Counted from the first letter of the stretch, positions 38,590 through 47,924 are shown. The stretch is 64,000 nucleotides of DNA from Bacteroidia bacterium (GCA_020852255.1 JADZBD010000018.1:124842-188841), one strand, 5' to 3'. The notes: generated from the letters alone by a model not told the origin. Program-made: numbers and translations.

Positions 38590-41400
38590 ATGAAGAAGAA
38601 AAACATTTTCGGAAAGATCATTCGCTGGACCATCCTTATCCTTTTGCTGCTGATCGGGTTTATTGTGGCCTCCCCCTTCCTGTTTAAAGGAAAAATAGTG
38701 GAAGTGGTGAAGGAGGAAGCTAACAAGAATCTGAAAGCAAAAGTTGATTTCGGAGATTTTGATTTAACCGTGTTCTCCTCTTTTCCCAATCTGACACTTA
38801 CGATTAACGATATTTCCGTGGCTAATGCGGAACCCTTTGCAGGAGATACTCTCTTTTCGGTGAAAACCCTTTCGGCTACCATCAATCTCATGAGTGTGCT
38901 GTCCGGAGATCAGTATGAGATACGTCAGATACTGCTGGATCATCCCCGCATCAAGGCTACTGTACTGAAGGATGGCACAGCCAGTTACGATATTGCCATC
39001 GCTGGTCCGGATACCGGCATAGTAGCCGTTCAGGATACCGGTGCCCCCGCCAGATTTAAGATGAGTCTTAAATCACTTGAAATCGTGAACGCATGGATAC
39101 GCTACGACGACGCAAGTCTGAATACCACGGCCGCTTTAGATAGTTTCAATTATAAACTTTCCGGCGACTTTACTCAGGATAACTTTGTAATGGAAAATGA
39201 CATAAGCATAGCTGCCCTTTCCTGCAACTATGAAGGTATTCCGTACTTAAATAAAGTAAGGATGGTGGTGAAAGCAGCCCTGGGGGCAGACATGACAGCC
39301 GGCAAATTTACTTTTAAGGAGAATGAACTTGCCCTCAATGAACTGGGGTTTGGAATGGACGGATGGTTTAGTATGCCGGAGAACGGATACGACATGGACC
39401 TTTCTTTCAAGTGCAAACAAAGCGAATTCAGAAGCTTTCTTTCCCTGATCCCTGCCGTTTATTCCAAGGATTTTGCCTCGGTTAAAACTTCCGGCGCTCT
39501 TGCGTTTAGCGGATTTGCGAAAGGAATGTATACTGAGAATAAACTTCCGGCTTTCGGACTGGACCTGAAAATAGATAATGCCATGTTCCAGTATCCTTCG
39601 CTTCCCAAAGCCGTAAACAACATCTTCGTGGATCTTAAGGTGGATAATAAAACCGGCGATCCGGATGCTACCGTAACTGACCTCAGGAAGTTTCATATGG
39701 AAATGGCGGGAAATCCTCTGGATATGACAATGCATGTGGAACATCCGGTTTCTGATCCGGGCATAAACGGACAGCTACTCGGTAAGCTGGATCTTAGTAC
39801 GATTAAAGATGTTATACCCCTCGACAAAGGGGATGAACTTAACGGGCTGATCGATGCGGATGTTAAACTTGCCGGAAGATATTCCAGCATTGAGCAGGAA
39901 AAATACGAAGACTTTGAAGCGAAAGGATCAGTGAAGGTGAGCAATATGAATTATTCCACCACCGGGATGCCATCCATGAAGATTAATACAATGACGATGA
40001 ATTTCTCCCCGAAATTCGTTGCCTTGGAAGGTTTCGATGCTGTAATGGGAGTAAGTGATTATAAAGCAGACGGAAGGATAGAAAATTTTATGCAGTATTT
40101 CTTTAAAGACTCCTTGCTGAAAGGCACCTTCAGCCTGCGCTCTTCTCTAATTGATCTCAATGAATTCATGGCAGCTGATTCAACAGCGCCCGCTCCCACC
40201 ACTGCAGATACTTCCTCCCTCAGCGTCATTGAGGTTCCGGGTAACATTGATTTCGTACTGAATTCGACAATTGGTAAACTGGTGTACGACGATATCAATA
40301 TGAACAATGTAAAAGGCGCTGTGGTGATCCGCGACAGCAAGGTGTTGCTGAATGATCTGATGATGAATTTGCTGGGAGGCAGTATGAAAATGAATGGCAC
40401 TTATTCTACGCTGAATCCCCGTGATCCGCAGGTAGACTTCCGGTTGAATATTAAGGATTTTGATATCCCCGAAACCTACAAGTATTTTAATACCGTGCAG
40501 AAGCTTGCGCCTATTGCTAAATATACCCAGGGGAAATTCAGCACTGATGTAACGTACACATCTTCACTCGACCAGGCGATGATGCCCATCTGGAATACAA
40601 TGAAGGGAGAAGGAGTATTGAAGACCAGTAAGGTGCTTGTTTCCGGCTTTGAACCGCTGAATAAACTTGCTGACGCGCTGGGAGGGTTTGACAAATTCAA
40701 AAAAGCTGATTTTTCCGACATGACCATTAAGTATGCGTTCAGTGAGGGTAAAGTATCTTATGACAAATTCCCATTCAAATCCGGCAGTGTGAACGGAGAG
40801 GTGGAAGGCTCCACAGGCTTTGATCAGGCCATCAATTATAAAATGGGATTTGAAGTGCCGACAAAGGATATGCCTCCCGGTGCGCAGCAACTGGTTGGGA
40901 ATATGCTTACGAAGGCGAATATGCTCGGAGTTGGTGCCAAATTGCCGGAGAAGGTGAAGCTGAACGCCCTGTTCGGGGGAACCGTAACCCAACCAACCGT
41001 TAAAACAGACGTAAAAGACATCGCCGGTAATGTGGTAGAAGATGTTAAGGAAATGGTGAAAGATACCGTGAAAGCACTGGTTAAAGATAAGATAGAGGAT
41101 GTGAAAAAGGATTTGACTGCGGAAAAAGAGAAAATCATGAAAGACGCGGAGAAGCTGGCCCAGCAGGTTAAAGATGAATCTGCAAAAACAGCAGAACAGG
41201 TACGTAAAGAAGGCTATGCCAAAGCAGATGAACTTGAAAAGGCAGCGAAAAATCCGATTGAAAAATTAGCCGCTAAAAAAGCGGCGGAAAAAATGAGAAA
41301 GGAAACGGATGAAAAAGCCAATAAAATCATCACTGACGGAAATGCGAAAGCGGATAAGATCATGACCGATGCGAAGGCCAAAGCGGATGCATTGAAGTAG
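38590..41400 (+). CDS. AsmA-family outer-membrane biogenesis protein with K/E/A-rich C-terminal tail
   Basis: An N-terminal TM anchor is followed by an AsmA-like start (KAKVDFGDFDLTVFSSFPNLTLTINDISV) and a long beta-rich body. The last 132 aa are low-complexity helical repeats. I prefer the ATG at 38590 (MKKKNIF). Confidence 0.7.
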   Translation: MKKKNIFGKIIRWTILILLLLIGFIVASPFLFKGKIVEVVKEEANKNLKAKVDFGDFDLTVFSSFPNLTLTINDISVANAEPFAGDTLFSVKTLSATINLMSVLSGDQYEIRQILLDHPRIKATVLKDGTASYDIAIAGPDTGIVAVQDTGAPARFKMSLKSLEIVNAWIRYDDASLNTTAALDSFNYKLSGDFTQDNFVMENDISIAALSCNYEGIPYLNKVRMVVKAALGADMTAGKFTFKENELALNELGFGMDGWFSMPENGYDMDLSFKCKQSEFRSFLSLIPAVYSKDFASVKTSGALAFSGFAKGMYTENKLPAFGLDLKIDNAMFQYPSLPKAVNNIFVDLKVDNKTGDPDATVTDLRKFHMEMAGNPLDMTMHVEHPVSDPGINGQLLGKLDLSTIKDVIPLDKGDELNGLIDADVKLAGRYSSIEQEKYEDFEAKGSVKVSNMNYSTTGMPSMKINTMTMNFSPKFVALEGFDAVMGVSDYKADGRIENFMQYFFKDSLLKGTFSLRSSLIDLNEFMAADSTAPAPTTADTSSLSVIEVPGNIDFVLNSTIGKLVYDDINMNNVKGAVVIRDSKVLLNDLMMNLLGGSMKMNGTYSTLNPRDPQVDFRLNIKDFDIPETYKYFNTVQKLAPIAKYTQGKFSTDVTYTSSLDQAMMPIWNTMKGEGVLKTSKVLVSGFEPLNKLADALGGFDKFKKADFSDMTIKYAFSEGKVSYDKFPFKSGSVNGEVEGSTGFDQAINYKMGFEVPTKDMPPGAQQLVGNMLTKANMLGVGAKLPEKVKLNALFGGTVTQPTVKTDVKDIAGNVVEDVKEMVKDTVKALVKDKIEDVKKDLTAEKEKIMKDAEKLAQQVKDESAKTAEQVRKEGYAKADELEKAAKNPIEKLAAKKAAEKMRKETDEKANKIITDGNAKADKIMTDAKAKADALK

Positions 41401-41482
41401 GGGAGCCCCCACGGCTTTTGATTCAGGACGGATTAGGGTTCGGGATACCATAAATTGGCAAAACATTTGATACACTGAGACC

Positions 41483-43615
41483 GTGAAGAATATATGGATG
41501 ATAGGGTTTTTATGTATGTTGTGGGCGGCACCGCTCGCAGCGCAGGATGACGGAGAGGAGGATCCGGAGGTGAAAACGGAGACCAAAAAAGGCAAAAAGG
41601 AAAAACCCGTTAAAGAGGAAGAGCCGGTAGAGGATGGACAGAAACAGGATGATTGTCCGGAAACCGAAAATGCCAATGCGCTGAAGTATTTTAAAAAATC
41701 ACAGGACAAGAAGAAATTCGAGTACAAGGAGCGCATGGAATTCCTGAAAAAAGCCATGGAAGAAGATCCGGAGGATGCGAGGATCAATCTTGAGTACGCG
41801 CGGCACATTGTGATCACAATGAAAAACCGCGATGCTTCATTTGCTTCCGCCGGTAAGTATTATGAAAAGGTGATCGCCGCCTGCCCAAACCTTCATTCCG
41901 ACCCGTACTACTATCTTGCCATCATCGCATGGGAGGCAAAAAATTATAAAGACTGTAAGAAGTACTCAAAGTTGTATATGGATTTTAAGTCTGAAGATGA
42001 GAAGAAATATGACCAGAAATATGCGCAGTTCATGGTGGATATGAAATCGCTTTATAAATGGTCGGTGGTTTATGATGAGCTTTACGGAAATCCTGTACCG
42101 TACGATCCCAACCTTGTAAAAGGGCTTAGTTCTGAGCGGCCGGAATATCTTCCTGTTATCTCTCCGGATAACACTACGGCGCTGTTCACCCGCCAGGTGA
42201 AGCCGCAGACAAAAGACGCCGGAGTGGATATAGACAGGATAATTGAGAGGTTCATGGTGAGTAAACGACAGGAAAACGGAGATTTTGACAATGGCAATTG
42301 GATGCCGGATCCTTTTAACAGGGGTACCAACGAGGGCGGCGCTACGATGACCATTGATAATAAGACACTGTATTTTACTATTTGTAAAGATGAAGGCGGA
42401 CCGCAGGCTGAATGCGATATCTGGTATTGTATCAACGTTAAGGGTAAATGGGGTGAAATAAAAAAGGTGCCTAACCTTAACACAAAGGATAAATGGGATT
42501 CACAACCTTCTGTTTCTGCAGACGGAAATACCATCTATTTCGCCAGTGACAGACCGGGCGGATTAGGCGGAACAGACATCTGGTACGTACAGCGGGATCA
42601 GAACGGCCTATGGGGACAACCTAAAAACTGTGGTCCAAAGATTAATACGAACGGAGATGAGAAAGCACCCTTTATGCATTCTGATTCCTATACCTTGTAT
42701 TTTTCAAGCGGACCATCTTCTGTTACGCTGGACGGTGGTTGGCCCGGCGTGGGAGGCATGGATATTTATTATTCCAAGATGGATGAAAAGGGTAACTGGA
42801 TGGAACCTAAAAATATTGGCATCCCGATTAATACAAAAGGCGATGAGGTGGGGTTGATTGTTAGCACCGACGGTCGCCTGGCCTATTTTGCTTCGGATGA
42901 TCCGCGCCGGACTAAAAATAAATCCATGGGCGGATATGATATTTATGCCTTTGATCTTTATGAGAAGGCACGCCCTGAAAAAGTGGTTTTTCTTGAAGGT
43001 GAACTGAAAGGTGATAACGGCAAACCGTTGAAAGACGCGGTAATCGAAATAAAAGATTCCCAAACAAAAAAAACTGTCAAAGCAGTGTATGATACCACCG
43101 ATGGTAAATACAGGGGTATAATCGCAGATAAGGGAAATGATATTCTTGTTAAAGTGGAAACGCCGAAACATTCCTTTACCAGCACACTGATTTCAAAAAA
43201 GGATTCCGTTCAGTCTGACAAACTGATTACCAAAGTGAAGGTACCTGCCCCAAAACCGGTGGTAACCGGAGAGAAATACAGCCTGAGTAATATCTACTAT
43301 AAGACGGGAAGTGCGGAACTGGACAAAAAATCATTGGTAGTGCTTGAAGAATTTGCAGCCTGGCTGAAAAAAAATCCTAATCTTAAAATCGAAATTCACG
43401 GGCATACTGATAACGTGGGAGACAGAAATGATAATATGGCCCTCTCCAAGGACCGCGCCTTCACAGTAATGGAAACGTTGATCTCCTTCGGAGTGAAGAA
43501 GGAGCAGATCACAGGTTTTAAAGGCTTCGGACCCGATGCCCCCCTGACCAGCAACGACACCGAAACAGACCGTGCGAAGAATCGCAGGACAGAATTCTTT
43601 GTTATAGGAAACTGA
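41483..43615 (+). CDS. OmpA-family protein with TPR-like, PD40/TolB-like repeats and C-terminal OmpA domain
   Basis: Signal peptide and an acidic/lysine-rich linker. Repeated PD40-like units are present (SVSADGNTIYFASDR, SDSYTLYFSS, STDGRLAYFASD). The C-terminal OmpA motif is HGHTDNVGD..NMALSKDRA..NRRTEF. Confidence 0.8.
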   Translation: MKNIWMIGFLCMLWAAPLAAQDDGEEDPEVKTETKKGKKEKPVKEEEPVEDGQKQDDCPETENANALKYFKKSQDKKKFEYKERMEFLKKAMEEDPEDARINLEYARHIVITMKNRDASFASAGKYYEKVIAACPNLHSDPYYYLAIIAWEAKNYKDCKKYSKLYMDFKSEDEKKYDQKYAQFMVDMKSLYKWSVVYDELYGNPVPYDPNLVKGLSSERPEYLPVISPDNTTALFTRQVKPQTKDAGVDIDRIIERFMVSKRQENGDFDNGNWMPDPFNRGTNEGGATMTIDNKTLYFTICKDEGGPQAECDIWYCINVKGKWGEIKKVPNLNTKDKWDSQPSVSADGNTIYFASDRPGGLGGTDIWYVQRDQNGLWGQPKNCGPKINTNGDEKAPFMHSDSYTLYFSSGPSSVTLDGGWPGVGGMDIYYSKMDEKGNWMEPKNIGIPINTKGDEVGLIVSTDGRLAYFASDDPRRTKNKSMGGYDIYAFDLYEKARPEKVVFLEGELKGDNGKPLKDAVIEIKDSQTKKTVKAVYDTTDGKYRGIIADKGNDILVKVETPKHSFTSTLISKKDSVQSDKLITKVKVPAPKPVVTGEKYSLSNIYYKTGSAELDKKSLVVLEEFAAWLKKNPNLKIEIHGHTDNVGDRNDNMALSKDRAFTVMETLISFGVKKEQITGFKGFGPDAPLTSNDTETDRAKNRRTEFFVIGN

Positions 43616-43651
43616 GCCGGAGCCAGGCTTGCATTCCGGCCGGCAAATTAG

Positions 43652-43659
43652 TACCTTTG
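43652..43659 (+). promoter_or_regulatory. -7 promoter box TACCTTTG for the GWxTD gene
   Basis: Exact TAnnTTTG, 49 nt upstream of the ATG at 43709. Confidence 0.4.
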
Positions 43660-43708
43660 TTAAACGTCCCTCGCTATTCAAAGCATCCCTCTACTTAAAA
43701 TATTGAAA

Positions 43709-45175
43709 ATGAAACGATTACTTGTCGCATTAATGATCCTGGCTACAGGCCATGCGGGGTACGGAAAAGAGGTAATGGCGCTGCTCACCTACGCCACATT
43801 CAACAGCCCTGCCAACGGGCCTTACATTGAAACCTACCTTACGGTACTGGGAAACACCGTGGAGCAGATCCGGGTAAAGAATACTTCTATGTTCAGAGGT
43901 GATGTGGAAGTAAATCTGCTTTTCCGGCAAGGAGATTCCATTCGGGCCTACAGGAAGTATGTGCTGGCCGGACCGGAGACAGCCGATACAAACAAGTGTC
44001 CGAATTTTGTGGATGTGCAGCGAATTCCTTTGAAGGAAGGAATTTATAAACTGGAATTCACGATCTCTGATAAAAACAAGAAGAAGGGCCGTTCGTTTTC
44101 CGCAGAGGTGGATGTAACGGTTTCGTTCCGTACGGATAAGGTGGTGATTTCAGATGTGGAGTTCGTGGACTCCTATAAAAAGGCAGAAATGGACGGTCCG
44201 CTTACGAAAAGTGGGATGGATATAGTGCCTTATGTTTCTAATTTCTTTCCGCCGAATCTTCAAAAGATGGTTTTTTACGCTGAGATATATAATTCCCGCG
44301 CAATTCTTGGTGATGGCGAGAAGTTCCTGGTAAATTATCACATCGAAAATTATATGACCGGACAGCGGCTGGCATCGTTCCGGAAGTTCAGTACGATGAC
44401 CACAGCGGGAGTTAACATTGTGCTTGCCGATATGAATATTACGGATCTTCCCACTGGTAATTACAACCTGGTGATAGAGATGAGAAATAAAATGAATGAG
44501 GTGATCACGGAACGCAAAGCTTTTTTTCAGCGCAATAACCCGGGAGCAAAGCTGGATATCCCTGATATTCAAACCGTGAATACCGGGGGAACATTTGTAG
44601 AGAAATTTCACAACAAGGATTCACTCATTGAAATTATTCGTTCCCTGCGTCCGGTCTCCGATGAGAACGAAAAACAGTATGCAGACAACCAGATACTGAA
44701 GTCTGATGTTTCCACCATGCAACGTTACCTTTATAGTTTTTGGCTTAACCGTTCGCCCATGAATCCGGAAGCTGCTTTCGTCGCTTATCAGAAAGAGGTG
44801 GCGCTCGTGAATAAAGTATTCAAAGCAGGAACAATAAAAGGTTATGAGACTGACAGAGGTCGCGTGTACCTGATGTACGGAGCGCCAAACGACCGCACGG
44901 TGTCGGAAAATGAACCCAGCACCTATCCCTACGAAATATGGCATTACCACAAATTAAAGGACCAGGTGAATAAAAAATTTGTTTTCTATAACACAGATCT
45001 GGCAACAAACAATTATACCTTGCTGCATTCAGATGCAAAGGGCGAGAAATACGATTCACGATGGCAAATGAAACTAAAAGCACGAACTTTCCATTCGGCT
45101 GACTTTGATATTGAAAAACCCGGCGTAGATCTCTTTGGTGATAAAACGCAGGAGAACTTCAACAATCCCAAATAG
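43709..45175 (+). CDS. GWxTD-domain protein
   Basis: Signal peptide. The C-terminal block KGYETDRGRVYLMYGAPNDR....YPYEIWHY matches the GWxTD domain signature (W replaced by Y). Confidence 0.6.
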   Translation: MKRLLVALMILATGHAGYGKEVMALLTYATFNSPANGPYIETYLTVLGNTVEQIRVKNTSMFRGDVEVNLLFRQGDSIRAYRKYVLAGPETADTNKCPNFVDVQRIPLKEGIYKLEFTISDKNKKKGRSFSAEVDVTVSFRTDKVVISDVEFVDSYKKAEMDGPLTKSGMDIVPYVSNFFPPNLQKMVFYAEIYNSRAILGDGEKFLVNYHIENYMTGQRLASFRKFSTMTTAGVNIVLADMNITDLPTGNYNLVIEMRNKMNEVITERKAFFQRNNPGAKLDIPDIQTVNTGGTFVEKFHNKDSLIEIIRSLRPVSDENEKQYADNQILKSDVSTMQRYLYSFWLNRSPMNPEAAFVAYQKEVALVNKVFKAGTIKGYETDRGRVYLMYGAPNDRTVSENEPSTYPYEIWHYHKLKDQVNKKFVFYNTDLATNNYTLLHSDAKGEKYDSRWQMKLKARTFHSADFDIEKPGVDLFGDKTQENFNNPK

Positions 45176-46215
45176 TGCCGAGAGTTGCCGTTGTCATCCT
45201 TAATTGGAACGGGAAAGATCTTCTCAAGCAGTTTCTGCCCGGTTTGCTATCCGGGAAACCCGATGGGGTAGAGGTAGTAGTTGCCGATAATAAAAGTACA
45301 GACAGTTCCCTGGAGATGCTTCGGGAAGAATTCCCTCAGGTAAGGATTATCGCCAATGAGGAGAATGCAGGTTACGCGGGGGGATACAACCGCGCATTGA
45401 AGCAGCTGGATGCTGAATATTTTGTTTTATTAAACTCAGATGTTGAGGTTCAGGGCGACTGGCTGAGTCCTGTTATCGCCGCGATGGATGCGGATAAACG
45501 AATTGCTGCAGCCCAACCCAAAGTCAGGAGTTTTTACCGCAGAGAGGAGTTCGAATATGCCGGGGCTGCCGGTGGCTTTATCGATAAATACGGATACCCT
45601 TTTTGCCGTGGACGGATATTTAATACGTTCGAAAAAGACGAAGGACAATACGATGACGAGCGGGATATTTTTTGGGCAACGGGAGCTTGTCTTTTTATTC
45701 GGTCCACTGCATACCATGAGGTATCAGGTCTGGATGAGGATTTTTTTGCACACATGGAGGAAATAGATCTGTGCTGGCGATTGCGTAACCGGGGTTACAG
45801 GGTAGTATATGTTCCGGGATCAACGGTTTATCACATGGGCGGCGGAACATTGAACAAGGTGAATCCGGAAAAGACGTTTTTAAATTTCCGAAACAACCTG
45901 GTGCTCTTATGCAAGAATCACGCTCCTGAATATTTCTTTCCTAAGATGCTGATCCGAATGAGCATGGACGGCATCGCGGCCTTCAAATTTCTGGCAGATG
46001 GAGGACCGGCCCACTTTTGGGCTGTGGCACGCGCACATTTTAGTTTCTATTCCCGGTTATCTTCATGTCTTGTCAAACGTGCTTCAGAAAAAGCACAGAT
46101 TAAATCCTATGCACGAGGCGGTATTTATGACCGCAGTCTTGTGTGGGATTACTTTGTTAAAGGTAAGACCCGGTTCCTGGATCTAAACATTCAGGCTTTT
46201 CTCTCCGAAAAATAA
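45175..46215 (+). CDS. family 2 glycosyltransferase
   Basis: VAVVILNWNG, VADNKSTD and LNSDVEV (DxD-like) motifs, like rhamnosyl-type GT2 enzymes. The GTG start shares one nt with the upstream TAG stop. Confidence 0.85.
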   Translation: MPRVAVVILNWNGKDLLKQFLPGLLSGKPDGVEVVVADNKSTDSSLEMLREEFPQVRIIANEENAGYAGGYNRALKQLDAEYFVLLNSDVEVQGDWLSPVIAAMDADKRIAAAQPKVRSFYRREEFEYAGAAGGFIDKYGYPFCRGRIFNTFEKDEGQYDDERDIFWATGACLFIRSTAYHEVSGLDEDFFAHMEEIDLCWRLRNRGYRVVYVPGSTVYHMGGGTLNKVNPEKTFLNFRNNLVLLCKNHAPEYFFPKMLIRMSMDGIAAFKFLADGGPAHFWAVARAHFSFYSRLSSCLVKRASEKAQIKSYARGGIYDRSLVWDYFVKGKTRFLDLNIQAFLSEK

Positions 46216-46616
46216 CGGATTGCAAGGCGGTAGGATTCAATTCCGAATCCCGAAATGCTTCCCGCGCATCGTGCACCGAGATAGGATACATGCCGGTAAT
46301 CTTCTCTTGAGAAAATATTGGACAAGTGTACCTCCACGGCCGGTATTTTCACGGAGGCAATGGCATCTGCAATAGCTACAGACGTGTGCGTATAGGCGCC
46401 CGCGTTGATAATGATACCGTCGTATTTTCCATCAGCCTGCTGTATCGCTGTTACAAGATCTCCTTCAATATTACTTTGCACATGATCCAGCAGGTGAGCG
46501 GTAAATTCCTGCCGGAGTCCGGCCAGTAACTCGTCCAGAGTCAGGTGGCCGTAAATCCCCGGCTCTCGTTTTCCAAGCATATTCAGGTTTGGACCGGAGA
46601 GGATGAGAAGTTTCAT
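46191..46616 (-). CDS. aroQ: type II 3-dehydroquinate dehydratase
   Basis: MKLLILSGPNLNMLGKREPGIYG, NAGAYTHTS and EVHLSNI motifs. The start is set at the ATG at 46616. Confidence 0.93.
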   Translation of the reverse strand: MKLLILSGPNLNMLGKREPGIYGHLTLDELLAGLRQEFTAHLLDHVQSNIEGDLVTAIQQADGKYDGIIINAGAYTHTSVAIADAIASVKIPAVEVHLSNIFSREDYRHVSYLGARCAGSISGFGIESYRLAIRYFSERKA

Positions 46617-46704
46617 GGCGTAAAGATAGGGGGATATAGATATCGGCACACATAGATAATGTGAGAAACGCTAACCTAAAATGGATGTTTTGTACTTTCG
46701 TTGC

Positions 46705-47610
46705 ATGAATTGGTCTCCTGAGATCTCCGGTTTTACTTCCTGGTTACGTCTGGAACGGTCCTTATCGGGTCATTCAGTAGAGTCCTATGTACACGACGTG
46801 AATCTGCTTGTTCGTTTCATGGAATTAAGGGGTTATGATTTATCTCCGGCAAGTCTTAGTTTAGCAAATGTTGAGGAATTTCTGGCATGGATCACAGAGA
46901 TTGGGATGAGTGCTTCATCGCAAGCACGGATTTTATCTGGTATTCGTTCATTTTACAGGTTTCTTATTCAGGAAGGTATAGTGAAGGAGGATCCTACAGA
47001 TTTGATTGAAGCACCGAAACAAAGCAGGTTGTTGCCGGACACCTTATCAGTGGAGGAGATAGACCGGATGATCGGTGCGGTTGATCTGTCGGCCCAGGGC
47101 GGTACGCGTGACCGTGCCATACTGGAGACCTTGTATTCCTGCGGGTTGCGGGTATCGGAACTGGTACAGTTGCCGATCAGTCGTATCAGCAGAGAAGGAT
47201 TTGTGCGGATAATTGGGAAAGGTGATAAAGAAAGGCTGGTTCCGATTGGCAGCAGGGCGGAGGAGTACATCAGACTATACATGGAGAGCGATCGTTTGCG
47301 CAGGGGCGTAAAGCCGGGGCATGAGGACACCTTGTTTTTAAACAGGTTCGGCGCAGCAATGAGTCGTGTTTCTGTTTTTAAAATTGTTAAGTTGACTGCC
47401 GCGATGGCCGGTATCCGGAAAACCATCAGCCCGCATTCCTTGCGTCATAGCTTTGCCACCCATCTGGTAGAGGGAGGAGCGAACCTCCGGGCGGTACAGG
47501 AGATGCTGGGTCATGAGTCAATTACAACTACGGAAATATACACTCATCTCGACCGCAAATTCTTAGCCGATACTATACGCCGGTTTCATCCTCGTGCCTC
47601 ATTAAGATAA
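46705..47610 (+). CDS. xerD: site-specific tyrosine recombinase XerD-like
   Basis: The N-terminal SAM-like domain and the catalytic R..HxxR..Y are present (GLRVSE, HSLRHSFATHL, LGHESITTTEIYTH). The start is set at the ATG at 46705. Confidence 0.85.
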   Translation: MNWSPEISGFTSWLRLERSLSGHSVESYVHDVNLLVRFMELRGYDLSPASLSLANVEEFLAWITEIGMSASSQARILSGIRSFYRFLIQEGIVKEDPTDLIEAPKQSRLLPDTLSVEEIDRMIGAVDLSAQGGTRDRAILETLYSCGLRVSELVQLPISRISREGFVRIIGKGDKERLVPIGSRAEEYIRLYMESDRLRRGVKPGHEDTLFLNRFGAAMSRVSVFKIVKLTAAMAGIRKTISPHSLRHSFATHLVEGGANLRAVQEMLGHESITTTEIYTHLDRKFLADTIRRFHPRASLR

Positions 47611-47623
47611 TCCCTGTGAGTAT

Positions 47624-47899
47624 ATGAAAACAACTCTTTTAAACGGAGTATTACACAAGCTGCCGGACGACATGAAAAAGATGTTGAGTAAAAGTGCAGA
47701 AATCGCTGGACGCTGGAATAATCTTACTCCTATTCAGCGCAATGAGTGGATATGTTGGGTGACGATTGTTAAAAAAGAAGATACCAGAAAACAACATATT
47801 GTCAGGATGAAGGAGGAACTGGAAGCAGGTAAACGTACACCCTGCTGCTGGCCAGGATGTCCGCACCGGAGACCAAAGGCCGGGAAGTGGTTTAGGTAG
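47624..47899 (+). CDS. YdeI/OmpD-associated family protein
   Basis: 91 aa. WNNLTPIQRNEWICWVTIVKKEDTRKQHIVRMKEEL matches the YdeI/OmdA C-terminal pattern. Confidence 0.55.
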   Translation: MKTTLLNGVLHKLPDDMKKMLSKSAEIAGRWNNLTPIQRNEWICWVTIVKKEDTRKQHIVRMKEELEAGKRTPCCWPGCPHRRPKAGKWFR

Positions 47900-47924
47900 A
47901 AGTTTGATTTTTTTATATATTTAT

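Noticed and set aside
43616-43641. A GCCGGA...TCCGGC hairpin just after the OmpA-family stop, as a possible intrinsic terminator.
   Set aside because: The stem is only 6 bp with a roughly 13-nt loop and no following U-tract, which is too weak to call.
46705-47610. A tyrosine recombinase as a possible marker of an integrative element.
   Set aside because: It has the full XerD-like architecture and sits beside aroQ in a housekeeping context. I could find no flanking direct repeats, tRNA target, excisionase or cargo genes. Only the small AT-richer islet downstream is noted separately.
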